Shown piece after piece: positions 22,901-34,004 of a DNA stretch of 64,000 bases. Position 1 is the first letter of the stretch, and every line of letters starts with the position of its first letter. The notes under the pieces are model-generated. The model was given only the letters and a program-made list of their open reading frames with translations. It searched no databases and was not told the DNA's origin. The stretch is from Amphiscolops sp. MND2022 (Eukaryota), in the NCBI GenBank assembly GCA_964187785.1, contig OZ076415.1:30132001-30196000 (forward strand), read 5' to 3'. The position numbers and the translations under genes are program-made.

Positions 22901-25900
22901 AATGCAATAGAAAATTGAAAGCAGGTTCCCCTTGTGCAAAACTTTGAATATTCTCTATTGCAGCACAACGGCGAAGAAATCGCCATCGCAACGTTTTGGC
23001 CACATGTGGAGTTACGATTAGAAAGAGGGTGGCCATTGATGTGTTACCTTGGGTTGTTAAACCGGTATGCTACATATCTGTAAGGAGATGAATTTTTGAA
23101 GGAACTCTGTTTGGAACTGCTTGAACTTTTTACAAGGTTACTTAGCTAGTGGAGGCTTTCAACAGCATTTCAACATAATCAAAGGTAGTCGAACCTGAGC
23201 TTGGTTTGAAAACTAGATAGTTTTCGTTTTTGGAGCAGTCCAGCACTATGACCCCGTCACCCGCACTCACGCTGATTTCGTCCTCACTCCTTGCTTCGTG
23301 GCTCTTCACTATCATCATTTTCACTGGCAGCTTCAGCCGGTTGCAGTCAACTAACATACATGCACATCCATGCAGAACTGCGCTTTTTTTAAAGTTTTTT
23401 TTTCAGTACTGAGCACAAAAAGTTGCTCTGCAATCAGCACGAAACTACCAAACATTTTTTGAGAACAAAAATAATTTTGTACAGTTTAACGGGTTAAGTT
23501 AAATTTCAAATGTTGGTTTTCAATGTTAGTCACAGACTGAAACTCTCAACACTATAGTTTTTCCAGAGAAAAATTGTTAATTTACCCAACCCTGCATAGA
23601 TGCTAGAGACGCGTTATCGGACACAATGGAGCCAGCAGATTTGGTTTTCATCCTATCCGATCTGAGGGTCTCGTAATCTGGGTTGTTTTGACGCTCTTTG
23701 GTGGTGCCCAGGGATCCTTGAGACACAGTGTGGCCACTAAGTTCACGCCCTGCTGGAAGTTTCAACGAAAACTTTAATCATCAAGCATTGGTCATCGTCC
23801 AAAAATACTCAGAGGATTGTATCTACAGCTGTTTTGACACTTCCCGCAAAAAATGGCCATGAGAGGTCCCTCGTTTAGAAAGGCCCCTAATTTTTCTCCG
23901 CAACAAAATAAAATTAGTAACTTTCAAATGTTAATCAATGTGAAAGATAGAATTATGTCGACATCAAATATTTTATAGGAGTAAAGTTCCTTAAGCAAAC
24001 TATGTCGACATGATGGTATTTGAACCTTGTTCCCACTAATCAGCTCAAGTCGGTGATCCGATTAAGCGTCAAAAATACAGCAATTCCTTGAAGTAGCTCA
24101 GGGTCGTTTTTTAAAAAGTCCCAAACATTCTTTCAGTACTGAGACAGGATCCTTGGGCTCATAAAAGCTCGGCTTAAACTGAAAGCGTTTTTCCCCAGAA
24201 GGGTATTCAGTAAATTTTGAAAAATACTCGAGAAAGATCGCACTGCTAAATCATACAGGAACCATTTGGTTTCAAAGTTTAGTAATTCACGTGAAATGTA
24301 AGAATGACTTGAAGGGTGCCATTTGGAAGTATTTTAGACATGAAATGGAAGTTAATAAAATTATGTGCCACAACTCGATCTGAGTGAGGTCAGTTCTCTA
24401 AAGAAAAAACATGAAAGTTTGCTTTGAGATGATTACTTTTTGTTGCAATCTGGTCACTAAAATTGGCAACCACGAGAAATATTTTAACGGAACAAATTAC
24501 ATCCATTGGCAAGAAACAACTGAGAGGTCTGATATATTTTGGTATGTCTGCACAAACAGAAAACTGAAACTATTGACAGTGTTTTTATAGAGCTCAGCTT
24601 TGGTCATATTGCGATCGTAAGCTATGTATTATTCAAATACTACATATTTGATCAAAGTCGAAATTTTTAAGTCAAGAAGTCGCGACGCCTTTTTCAAAGT
24701 AGACCATCAAAACATTCAGAGGAAGAAATTGGATGTTCGACAAGATTGTATTACGCTGATTATGGGAACAGATGCTCTGCTTAAAATGTTTACTTTGTTC
24801 CATAAAAAAAGCTGAAAAAACTTTGAAGTTCCTTCCTATTGTCGACGATTTGAAATATGAAAAACGACTTTTATAATATTTTTTTTCAATCCGGTCGAAC
24901 GGACCAAAAAAGTTCTACAAAGTGTTTTACGTTTAGTCTGATATCTGAAGAGGGCCAAATTGGGCAAGCTTTAAAATTTTAGTTCGACGAATTACAATGC
25001 TTTATCAGACCAAAATGCCCTCCGTTGTTATCTGTGGCTTTTTTTGGAAATTTCTGGTCATTTGGATAGTTTCAATGAGAAAAAATTTGAGCCCAAGGCG
25101 TCCTCGTATGGTCAAATATTTTTCGATTCTGCTATCGTTCCGAAAATTTGTTGAATCCACAAGAATCGGACAAAAAATTACAAAAAAATCTACAATCAAA
25201 GCCCAGTTGTGCCAGTTTTGATCTTTGCTGAAGAAGAATCATCTCACTATAGAACAAATTTTCTTATTTATATTCTGTTTTTCTTCTACATTTTTGAGTC
25301 TTGACTGGCGCACCGACATGGGCCGTTCCTAGCTTGTTTCACTTCCCGCAGTCCAGTTTAATTGAAAACAAACTCATTCTCAAAGAGATTGTCTATCGTA
25401 AAACTCGTCGCAAGACTTTTGACACTTCGTAGTAAATTAATGAGCAAACAAAAAACAGACGTTTCAATTACGTGAAAATGACAAAAAAACTCCATGAAAG
25501 TAAATTTTCTTTAATTCTTGTGCGTATAAGCATTTCGCAACGCACAGTACGTTTTTCGAATGCCGAAGCAAAGAATTCTCTAAAACACGTGAAACTTACC
25601 ATTTAGCAAGCTAGGATCAAATATCTCGGTTTTCTAGGGTCTTTTAATAGTAGAAAATCTGAGCAAGGGAATAAGAAGTTTGCACAAATTCACTAGGGAA
25701 CCAACAAGTCTGAGACAATTGATTTCGCTGTTGAAAAATTTCACATGGCAATTAAGTTCTACAAAGTTCCCAGACAAAAGTTCCTGGAGCAAAGTTTGAT
25801 CAAAATTGTATGAGTACATTTTGTTTCGAAATGAGAAGAAAAAATTTTTAACAATTAGCTCATTTTTGACTTTACACAGTCTTCGCGAAACTTATTGTGC

Positions 25901-28900
25901 AATATATCAAGAACCGTTGTTTGTAACAAAAAATTTGGAAAAAAAAGCTTGGGATAAACTTGGTACTTTTGATCCAGATCTCTAATTTTGTACTTGAAAA
26001 CGCCCTTCTTGAGAAAATTCACAGCAAAAATTTTTTCTTCAAAAAATATTGTTTAGACGGAATAACAACTGCATTTTGCTGTTCATTCTATAAGGTGGCA
26101 TTATCAACAAAAGTGTTAAATACAAATGTTAAAACGGTGTCGAGGCTACACTTTTGAGAGAAGCGTTTTTCAACTGAAATATTTAGAGACATTGCGTGAC
26201 GAAATGCGAAAATTTCTAAATTTCTTCAAAACAACCATGTGAGAAATTTTTGATCCTTGGACTTTTTTGTCAATGCGTGTCCAAAGAAAAAGACCTGCGC
26301 TTGTGATATTAGATTTCTTTAGCTTTCTGTTGTCATAGTGTATCATTTACCATATTTGTTGAAATTGCTTGAACTTTTATTATGATTTATAAAACTTCTA
26401 CGGAAACATTCATGCGTAAATAATTTTCTGTTGTTCCCACGTTCATCACGTTGCTTGAAAGATTCATGAGCGTTTTGGTGGCACTTTCAAGCTGTGATGT
26501 TTTGCAGGTCACTTATTGCATCAGTTCTAATTTTAAATGCAATTGAGACAATGAAAAGGTTGACGCCATTATGTTGCAGAATAACTTCAGTCACGTTAGA
26601 AACTGCAATCTAGCGTCGTCTTCAGTGTGCTATTTGAGAAACGGTGATTACCAGGGCAACCGCGATTTGCCCTTTATTTTTTAAAAATTTGCTCTTTATT
26701 TGCCGCCCTTTTCTTAAAATTTGCCCTTTATTTGCCCTTTATCTGCAAGCGTTTGAAACGAGGGTTTAACAAAAAAATCAAATTCGTTTATTAAAGTGAA
26801 ATGTTACAATAAATGCAAATGTAATTCTCGATATTTTTAACATCAAAATTACGGTCATTGGCTAGCATCTTGTTGAATTTGCTAAATGGTTATTTCTGAG
26901 AAATTCCTGTACACAAACTCGCACGACTCGTATTTCTCAGAAAAGGGGTGATTATATACGAAAAAGTAAAAGATTCGATGTACAGTACTGTGATTAAGAA
27001 TTCGTCCCCGTATGCGCTAAGCGTCGTTATCAAATTGCTCTCACTTTCAATTCTGATTGGCGCATCAAGTGAAATCTCCGGCGCCGAAAGAACACTTCTG
27101 CTATTTTCCCAGTTTTGGGCAGGTTTCTGAAATATTTTTCTGAAAATTTTAAATTCATCGAATTCTGCAGATTGTATAGAATTCAATGATATATTTTTCG
27201 TTTCAAAAATCTTCTAAGTGGAAAAATAATCGCAGTTTTGTTTGCGAAACGTTCATTTCCTATCTTAATACATGTAAATCGACGAAACTTTACCTTTCGA
27301 GCATGATATTTCAAAACGGTTGATAATTTTTGAAATCTAAGAATACCCATAGATTCAGTAGATTTGTCCGAGTTATTTGAGCATAATACTTGCCGAAAAA
27401 GCTGTGGATAAAACGGTCAAAAATAGGTAAAACGGAAAAAGCCCCAAATTTACTCAAAATCAGCTAATTGTAACTTTCTCAATTTTTGTCCAAGAAACAT
27501 TTAAAAAACACTAATGTAAACTAGATGAAATTCTAAGAAACTTTTATTTCTTATGTTTTTCAAAATTCTCAACAGATTTCGAGAAAATCGAGCCTGAAAT
27601 CGCCCCGGGGGACGTTTTCTTAATCACAGTACTGTATTTTGCCTTTTTTGACTTTTATTAAACTTTTTGCCCCTAACCCTTATTTCTGCCCTTTTTGCCC
27701 CTATTGCCCTTTTGCCCTTTTTGGTTGCCTTAGTGATTACATCAAATAATTTATTGAGAAAATAAAGTGTGAAAACAACGATCGTGTCATTAACGAAGTG
27801 GGAAATATTTTCAATTTCAATTACAGTAGTGGAAACTTCAGCGCAATCGTGCACGAATTGTCTTGGTTTTATAACAACCTGTTGCTTGGCTGCAAAACTT
27901 AGGCTGCAGCTCATGATCATACTCTGCCCATAATAAACAGAGTATGATTCCAAGATAATATCAAATGAGTTTTTCCTTAGTAAAAGAAGTGACTGAACCG
28001 TTCTTACAACATTTATTCAATTTACGCTTCCACATTTGCTTAAGATTTTACGGAATATATACGGAATTTCGAATGGCAATGTCTTTTTTGAATGCATAAA
28101 GTCAAAAGAGTTTTAATTAAAGATCGTAATTTTAGCTTCATCAGCTGAAAGCTTCATCAGCTTTCCTAAAGTGCATTTCAGGAAAATGTTGGAAACTTAC
28201 GATTCCAGGCTGTCCCGACCATATATCATTGCACCTTAATAAATTGTTGTAAGATCACCGTAAACATTCAAAGAAACGTTGTATGGTTTGAATGGTGCCA
28301 CACATGGTCCAAACGAATATCAGCTTGACGGAAATCCCGGAAAGCACGTTGAAACATGTCAAAAATGGTTTACTTTAAGTCTTCGATGTTTTTATCCTTT
28401 CAGTTTTTTGCAGTGAGACAGATGAGCTTCTGAACTGAAAAAAAACTTGAAAAATGTTAAAACCCAACATGATAATAGATCGTTAACCTGCAGTTTGTTT
28501 GTTGTGACGTTTCATTTGGGACAAGGTGGCGTAGTGATGAGGGGTGAATCCCAAGTTGTCGTAAGTCTCGCAACCATCCACACTCAACAGGTTGTCTGAA
28601 CAATGCTGTCTGAACCCAATCAAACGGGCGTTCAAAAGTTTAGTTAAAACATTACTTTTTTTTCAAAAATTGCAACAGTATAACATATGCCATTAATGTA
28701 ACATTATAATTCAAGACTGGTAAAGTTCCATCAGTTCTTATAAGCTCAATATCATTGGACTTAGAATAACGTTTTTCAATCATTTTTCACTTAGAATAAC
28801 GTGATTTTATACAATCGTTGAATAACTCTCGCTAAATGAATCATACTAAGAAGTATCGATTATTTGAAACTAGATAAGAGCTCAAGAATCGTTGATATAA

Positions 28901-29263
28901 AAAAACAGTGCATGTGGGAATGAATTCTTTTTTTTGGAAATTTTACTTTACTTTCATTAAACCGTTCCTTAGCAAACAATTTATTACATTCACAAATTAA
29001 ATTTTATTACTTGAGAGGAAAATATCATTTTTCAATGAAAACAAAGAAAGTGCTTATGAACACCCCTGGATACTGTCATATCGTAGTTATTACACCCAGT
29101 AGACGAACAAACAGTTGCCTTTCTGCCGGGTCGTAGGCTGACGATGGAGCCGAAGATACCCCCTCCGCCACCACCACTGCCGCTGCCCTTCTTGAGAAGC
29201 CCTCCTTTGTTCTTGCTGCTATCCAATTTCAAGCATGAGGGCAGTCTTTGATTGGAAGGTCTA
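5281..29263 (-). CDS. trio: Trio/Kalirin-family RhoGEF-kinase, 3' part (SH3-FN3-Ser/Thr kinase), multi-exon
   Basis: Eleven GT-AG exons; phases match from 23350 down to 5281, and the two upstream junctions are tentative. SH3 ...[15 protein letters not shown]...[11 protein letters not shown] matches the Trio/Kalirin second SH3. FN3 follows, then kinase motifs [38 protein letters not shown]. Confidence 0.9.
6065..6183 (-). CDS. trio: Exon: kinase VII-VIII (LIICDFG...[10 protein letters not shown])
   Basis: tatag| acceptor, |gtatgt donor; 119 nt, in phase with both neighbours. Confidence 0.92.
6560..6805 (-). CDS. trio: Exon: kinase IV-VIb (SPYTCKIL...[11 protein letters not shown])
   Basis: ttgtag| acceptor, |gtatgt donor; 246 nt, phase 2-2. 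Confidence 0.92.
7907..7942. repeat. (AG)18 microsatellite
   Basis: Perfect dinucleotide run. Confidence 0.95.
8759..9068 (-). CDS. trio: Exon: linker plus kinase I-III ([10 protein letters not shown]...AAKFV...MECEV)
   Basis: ctgccag| acceptor, |gtacat donor; 310 nt, phase 1 to phase 2. Confidence 0.9.
9530..9750 (-). CDS. trio: Exon: FN3 C-terminal part ([11 protein letters not shown]...[18 protein letters not shown])
   Basis: tttgcag| acceptor, |gtacca donor; 221 nt, phase 2 to phase 1; FN3 Tyr and LxPG motifs. Confidence 0.9.
10221..11085 (-). mobile_element. Non-autonomous hAT transposon (865 bp) retaining the transposase C-terminal dimerisation region
   Basis: TIRs CAGGG(G/C)TGCCCAAAAATTAATTG; 8-bp TSD GAAATAAA (10213-10220 and 11086-11093); ORF 10386..10787 contains [13 protein letters not shown]...[18 protein letters not shown]. 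Confidence 0.88.
11095..11275. repeat. Interspersed repeat; related copies at ~49220-49380 (inverted) and ~23945-24030
   Basis: Shared ATGTCGACAT...GGATAGG...ACTGTCAGTTA...AGCGGACAAAATTTGCGCTGAAATAGGGGCC blocks. Confidence 0.6.
11793..11966 (-). CDS. trio: Exon: linker plus FN3 start (PGKPGKAEV...VIVSWKEP)
   Basis: tgtctag| acceptor, |gtgact donor; 174 nt, phase 2-2. Confidence 0.88.
12141..12354 (+). repeat. 5' LTR of element B
   Basis: Direct repeat of 17073-17286. Confidence 0.95.
12355..12370 (+). promoter_or_regulatory. Primer-binding site, tRNA-Ser-like
   Basis: TGGCGCAGTCAGCAAG abuts the LTR end and resembles the complement of the tRNA-Ser 3' end. Confidence 0.7.
12899..16192 (+). 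pseudogene. pol: pol of element B (RT-RNase H-spacer-integrase) with stops and frameshifts
   Basis: RT: [16 protein letters not shown]. RNase H: [16 protein letters not shown]. Integrase: [26 protein letters not shown]. Confidence 0.92.
17073..17286 (+). repeat. 3' LTR of element B (PPT at 17060-17072)
   Basis: Direct repeat of 12141-12354. Confidence 0.95.
17464..18455. mobile_element. ~1-kb element with ~85-bp imperfect terminal inverted repeats (MITE-like)
   Basis: ATAGCGCAC...ATGCGGATTCTACAAACATACAAGCACAAAATGC...GGGGAGAAGCTA is inverted at 18372-18455; no TSD established. Confidence 0.55.
18817..19017 (-). CDS. trio: Exon: Ser-rich linker ([27 protein letters not shown]...)
   Basis: ctcccatcag| acceptor, |gtgtgt donor; 201 nt, phase 2-2, joins its neighbours in frame. 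Confidence 0.75.
19512..20727. mobile_element. Tc1/mariner-like MITE (~1.2 kb) with internal TTCTTGAA/GAATCGAGAAAA subrepeats
   Basis: Perfect TIR CGAGGCCAAAGTGGGAAA, flanked by TA on both sides within a CAT-TA-ATG palindromic site. Confidence 0.7.
20775..21017. repeat. 243-bp imperfect palindrome (foldback MITE-like)
   Basis: Arms run ATATGGACCCATCTGTGGC...CCGAGATCAGGCTAAT-C-ATTAGCCTGATCTCGG...GCCACAGATGGGTCCATAT. Confidence 0.9.
21154..21331 (-). CDS. trio: Exon: SH3 C-terminal part ([15 protein letters not shown]) plus linker
   Basis: ttctgttccag| acceptor, |gtaaca donor; 178 nt, phase 1 to phase 2. Confidence 0.88.
23195..23350 (-). CDS. trio: Exon: SH3 N-terminal part ([39 protein letters not shown])
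   Basis: Resembles the Trio SH3-2 DEINV..G.VV.IL...MFLVF pattern; the phase-1 donor joins the next exon; 5' boundary slightly uncertain. Confidence 0.85.
23591..23752 (-). CDS. trio: Probable exon: linker ([15 protein letters not shown]...DNASLASMQ)
   Basis: Open, GC-richer segment with AG/GT candidates compatible with its neighbours; boundaries may shift by a few nt. Confidence 0.6.
26652..27732. mobile_element. hAT-type MITE (1,081 bp) with TTTGCCC subterminal repeats
   Basis: Ends CAGGGCAACC...GGTTGCCTTA; exact 8-bp TSD GTGATTAC (26644-26651 and 27733-27740). Confidence 0.8.
29064..29263 (-). CDS. trio: Probable exon: Gly-rich linker ([25 protein letters not shown])
   Basis: ttgttccag| acceptor and an open frame; vertebrate Trio has a Gly-rich stretch after PH2; donor tentative. 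Confidence 0.55.
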
Positions 29264-29817
29264 CTGGAACAAGTAGCGCAATACAACCAAGGTACATGGA
29301 GTGGTGCATTAACATGCATGACTCTTCATTGTTATGCCAACTGGTAAAAAGTTTTTTTTTCAAACAGAGCGATTCTTCGACAGTGTCAATTTCACAGTTA
29401 AACAACTCGAGTTAATTTGAAATGGTTTTGCAATCTGAACCGGTACCTCAGCTTCAAAGGGGAGATATAATAGTCAAATTTGAACTTAAGCTCGACTTTT
29501 AGCGTCGAATATCAGTATAGATTGCATTTATTGATTATTTTTTGATGTCTAATATGATCATTACTGTGATGGGATTTTAAAGGAAAAGATCACTTGTCTG
29601 AATGGTTACATACAAAGTCACAAAAATCGGTTTTTCCAAAGTATTCGCGTTTTTATCAACTAAGCACTGACCAAACCTATGAGTGTCGGATATCAAAAAA
29701 TTGCGATCTTTTCGAACAAAATTGTAAAACTGAATGATGTGGAATTATAACAAATCGTTTTATAATTGCAACACATAGCAACTCGGAAGTGAAAAGAATT
29801 GGACGTAAACAAAAATA

Positions 29818-30339
29818 AACAAGACGGGAACGTCCCAAGTCGGCGCCATATCTTAGGCTCAAAAATATTCAAGGAACAACTATTGGAAATATTTGGAAAA
29901 AATTATTTTTTTTTCAAAAAAATATTTTTGAATTTTTTTTCGAAAAAAGTGTTTTTTAAGTCGCACAATGCCGAAAAACTAAAAAAGAGGCCATTCAGGC
30001 TCATTCAACGTTTTGTACAAACCGAAAACTTCAAAAAAATGCAAGGGGTACCCTATGATAAAATTCGAAAATTTTCGAAAAAAAGTCGCATAGTGCCGAA
30101 AAAAAACCCAAAAAGGGGGACCTGTACTTTTGGAAGCATTAAAAAAATTATGGTTTAGTGCGAGAATCGAACCCACGCTCTCCGGCTTGGTGGAAGATGG
30201 AAGATGAACAAATATGGAAGATGAACAAATTGTAAGAAAAGTGGACCACTCAGATTGTCAACTGAAAAAAAAAACAAAAAAAACTACTCACTGTAAGAGT
30301 CGGGCTTTTTTCCTTAAGGGAAAAGGCGCCGACTAAAAA
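29818..30339 (-). mobile_element. Helentron/DINE-1-like non-autonomous element (HINE-like), copy 1
   Basis: Subterminal inverted repeats AGTCGGCGC / GCGCCGACT, a small hairpin near one end, T-run at the other end, and internal tandem subrepeats. Confidence 0.6.
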
Positions 30340-31886
30340 CAACAGTGCCATTGCGATAAGTTTCATTCTAGTACCAAACATATAAAAATAGCAAATGAAG
30401 TTCAAAAGGGCAGAAAAAATCCCTTCTCAGTGAAACTCTTCGAGAATTTCTTTCAATACCAGTGCACTGAAAAGAACTTCGTGTAACGTCCACCAGTCTG
30501 ATGACCAAAAATTTATCAAAATTCAGAGAAATATTGCTGAAAAAATGACAGAATTGGCGGGAACAGAGAGACACCCAGAATAGACACTGAACCCCCGGAT
30601 AAGTTTCGAAATAGTGGAGATTGTCGAAATACATCCAGTAGTGCCAAATTTAACCTATTTAACCAATTCAAGTGACATATTTAAGTCGCTGAGACTTCGA
30701 TTTCTTATTTCCTAGCAGAAATTGTGGAAAAGTTCTGTATTTCAGTTGTTTGATTATGTTTGAAATGGTAGATCTTGGCGGTTTAACAAATATATAAAAA
30801 AACTGTATTTGAGCTAAATACCACTTTTGGACCTCGGAAGTTTGAAGGAAGGCGCAGGTTCCTTGGTAATAATATTTTCCATGATTTTGGGTCTGGACTT
30901 GGGGTGTACCAGCGCGTCGGTTCGGAGCACTAAAAAGAGGAGTCTCCGCGACGTATGAAAAAACCCCAAAAGACTGTTTTTTGGGAAAAAACAGGTGTTT
31001 AGGTTTTTGTGAAGACTCTTGTCTGTTGTCCAGGATACCCAAAGCATCGTCCCAGCTCTAGTATGTGCTCCTCTTGCTGGAAGTTACATAGGCATATCAT
31101 TTTCGTTGGAAGTTTTTCTGAATAGATTTTTCATTTTCAGCACGGTGAACAATTAGCATTTTTATTTCCTTAAAAAAGACATAAAAACAAAAAAGAAGCA
31201 ATGGGATATCGAGAAACCGATAAAGATTGCGATAACAACCCTGTTCTTGAAAAAGAAAACTTTGATTGTTCTGTTTTTCATTTCTCATGGCCTCGGAAAA
31301 TGTAACGATTGGGACATTTAAATGACCCAAATAACCTCGAAGTGTGATTAGATCAAAATAAAACTTGGAAATTAGGTTTTCATATTTAATACTAACAATT
31401 CATCGCACGGGGAATAATTCTACGGGTGATCGACGAAAGGCTATCACGGTATCACGGAGATGAGTAAGACCTCAGAAAAAAAGCACCAGTCTCACTTTCG
31501 TTACACAAGATATACCCAATGTTTCGCATACATTTTACTCCTGAAAGAAGCGTGCAACATATCAGAGCAATTTTGTTGACTTTAAACGAGAAAATTGAGA
31601 ATCAGAAGCGGACGTCTCGTAGCGTATTTTGGAAGTAGAAAAGAACTGTGAATTCGAGACCACAACCCCAGCCGAATTACTAGCTTCAAAATTGTTGTCC
31701 CTTATCGGAAAGTCAACTGGTGACTATGACTTCAAGAAGAAATTAGAAAAAAGGTTTAGTTGATGAAATTTATCACAAGGGGAAATATTCAATTTGAACA
31801 GTTTTAGAAAAGTTTGATGTTTTGGACGAAAACATGTTTTGTAAAAGAAATGTTGGATAACTTTGAAACCGTTAACACTAGAGCTT

Positions 31887-32931
31887 CCCGGGTTGACCCT
31901 CTTACTAGCATCTTGGCTGTCATGGCAAGATCTTGCCAAATTCTTAGTACATCTTGGCAGCCATGGATCCCATGGCAAGATTCTTATTAAGATCTTACTA
32001 AGATAATACTTATTCCAAGATCGTATCTTATCACGATGGACAAAATTTTAAGATTATTAAAAAACACTATACCTTCGGTACAAGCAGCCGAGACTCAATT
32101 TAAAGGCTCATTTCACCCAACAACGACTATTTCTACTCGTTTTCATAATCAAAATGCTTAAACCTGCTGAAAAAATTTTGCATGCAAAAATGCGTGAAAA
32201 ATTACGATAACGTAGTCTGGCTTCAGAAATTCTGACGAGAATCCTAATAATTCCTCACCTGTTTAAGACTGAAAAATGCCGAATGTGCCAAATGAAAGGT
32301 AATTTCAAGGGCTTTTCAAAACTTGTAATTTATCATTCCTGTCGATTCCAGAGACGGAGAAATATGCTCTCAAACGTCCAGATCCACTATCGGAAAGTTA
32401 CAAAGGAAAGACCTTAAAATCCTGAAATTTTTGTAAAAATCATATTTCCAGCTTTCTTTGAGCCTGTTTAGCAGCCTTATTACTGCTAGAAACGGCGGTC
32501 ATTGCTCTATTTTGGGTAATGACAGCTCAAGGCTTATCTGACGCCGTTGTTGGCGACAGTTTTGCAATTGAAAAAAAATCGATATCGAAATGGTTGTAAA
32601 AATCATTCAGTAATTTTGTTTTGAGTGATGTCTAGATTATTTTTGCATAACTCTTAATTTAATGGTTTTCTGATTTTACTTTTTCTCGATATCGAGCAGT
32701 TCGTAGCAATTTTTTTTCTTGCCATATTCGGCTTCTTAGTTAGATTTTTCTTGCCATATTGGGCTTCTTAGTAAGATTTTTCTTGGAAACATGGCTCTCT
32801 TGATAAGATCTTACCATGGCATCTTGCAATTCTTGGCAATATCTTGTCACGATCTTAGCTAAGAATTTTCCAAGATCTTGGCAAGATCTTGCCAAGATCT
32901 TACTAAGATATCCATGGAGGGTCGACCCGGG
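31887..32931. mobile_element. CACTA/EnSpm-like non-autonomous element (CCC...GGG ends, AAGATCTT subterminal repeats)
   Basis: TIR CCCGGGT(T/C)GACCCT; TT on both flanks (possible 2-bp TSD); dense subterminal repeats at both ends. Confidence 0.6.
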
Positions 32932-33523
32932 TTGTTTAAATTGTTAAAATGTTAACGAAGTTTTATACAGTTCTTGTCCATTATACTCAGTCACAGCCAA
33001 TAGAGTGGATCAATATACATACCTTATAATGGAACCGTTTTATTAGTATTACATGTATTATCGTCAATGATTTGCGTAGTAGAGAGCGGGAGGTCACGAA
33101 TTATAAACTCAGACTGCTTTTAATTAATTAGTCTGCCTTTGCTACTTATTTATCATTTGTCCTTCCAACTAAGTGCAGAAGAAGCGACAACTTGAACGTA
33201 AAGGCAAAACGATAGAATTTAGTTTACAGAATACAAAAATTGGATTGAGAAAATTAAAGTAATACATTTTATAATCAGTTGAATCAATATTTCTAGCGTT
33301 GCAGTACGTAAATCATATAATTATTTCCGTTCAATGTCCTGTGTTTTTCCCCAACAGTGATCCTTTCGTTGCTTTTTCGTAAGTACAGAATGACCAAAAA
33401 TGTGCTGAGAAAGACTAAGAAATTATTTTGATTGGCGCATACATTGCGCTTGCGATGCTTAGGAATTGATTTTGAAGAAGAAAACCTCTCGTTTTTGAGA
33501 CCGTTTGTTCAGGTGGATCTATT

Positions 33524-34004
33524 AACAAGCCGGGACCGGCACAAGTCGCCGCCATATTTAAGGCTCAAAAATAGCAAAAGCACTTCAAAGTGTCAAAGTA
33601 TTCTCTTCTACAGCAACCGAAATTTTTTTCGAAAAAAGTCTCACAATGCCGAAAAAAACTGAAATCCCCCGTTGGGATTTTTCAACATCCATTCTGTCGC
33701 AAAACTCCAAAAAATTGAAGGAGGACCCTTTGGGGAAAAATTGTTTCCGAAAAAAATTGTTTCTCGCAATGCCAAAAAAACTGAAAGAGGGACCCTTCAG
33801 CCTTGTCCGGTATTGTTTGTTACGCGGGAAACCTTTTTGGTTCAGTTCCTCGGGCCAACAGGTACAATTTGGCGTCTTCTTAAAATTTTGTAGAACTTTT
33901 GGTAAAACTATTTTGGGGTCACTTCAGGTGTATCGAAAAAAAAACACTGAAGAAAAGCCATGACTATAGTCGACTCTTTTCTTAAGAAAAGCGCCGACTA
34001 AAAA
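33524..34004 (-). mobile_element. HINE-like element, copy 2
   Basis: AACAAGCCGGGACCGGC-ACAAGTCGCCGCC ... AGCGCCGACTAAAAA. Confidence 0.6.

Noticed and set aside
31035-31080. Host mini-exon (AG...GT, QEEHILELGRCF)
   Set aside because: No similarity to the DH/PH sequence expected upstream, and it sits inside the decayed relic.
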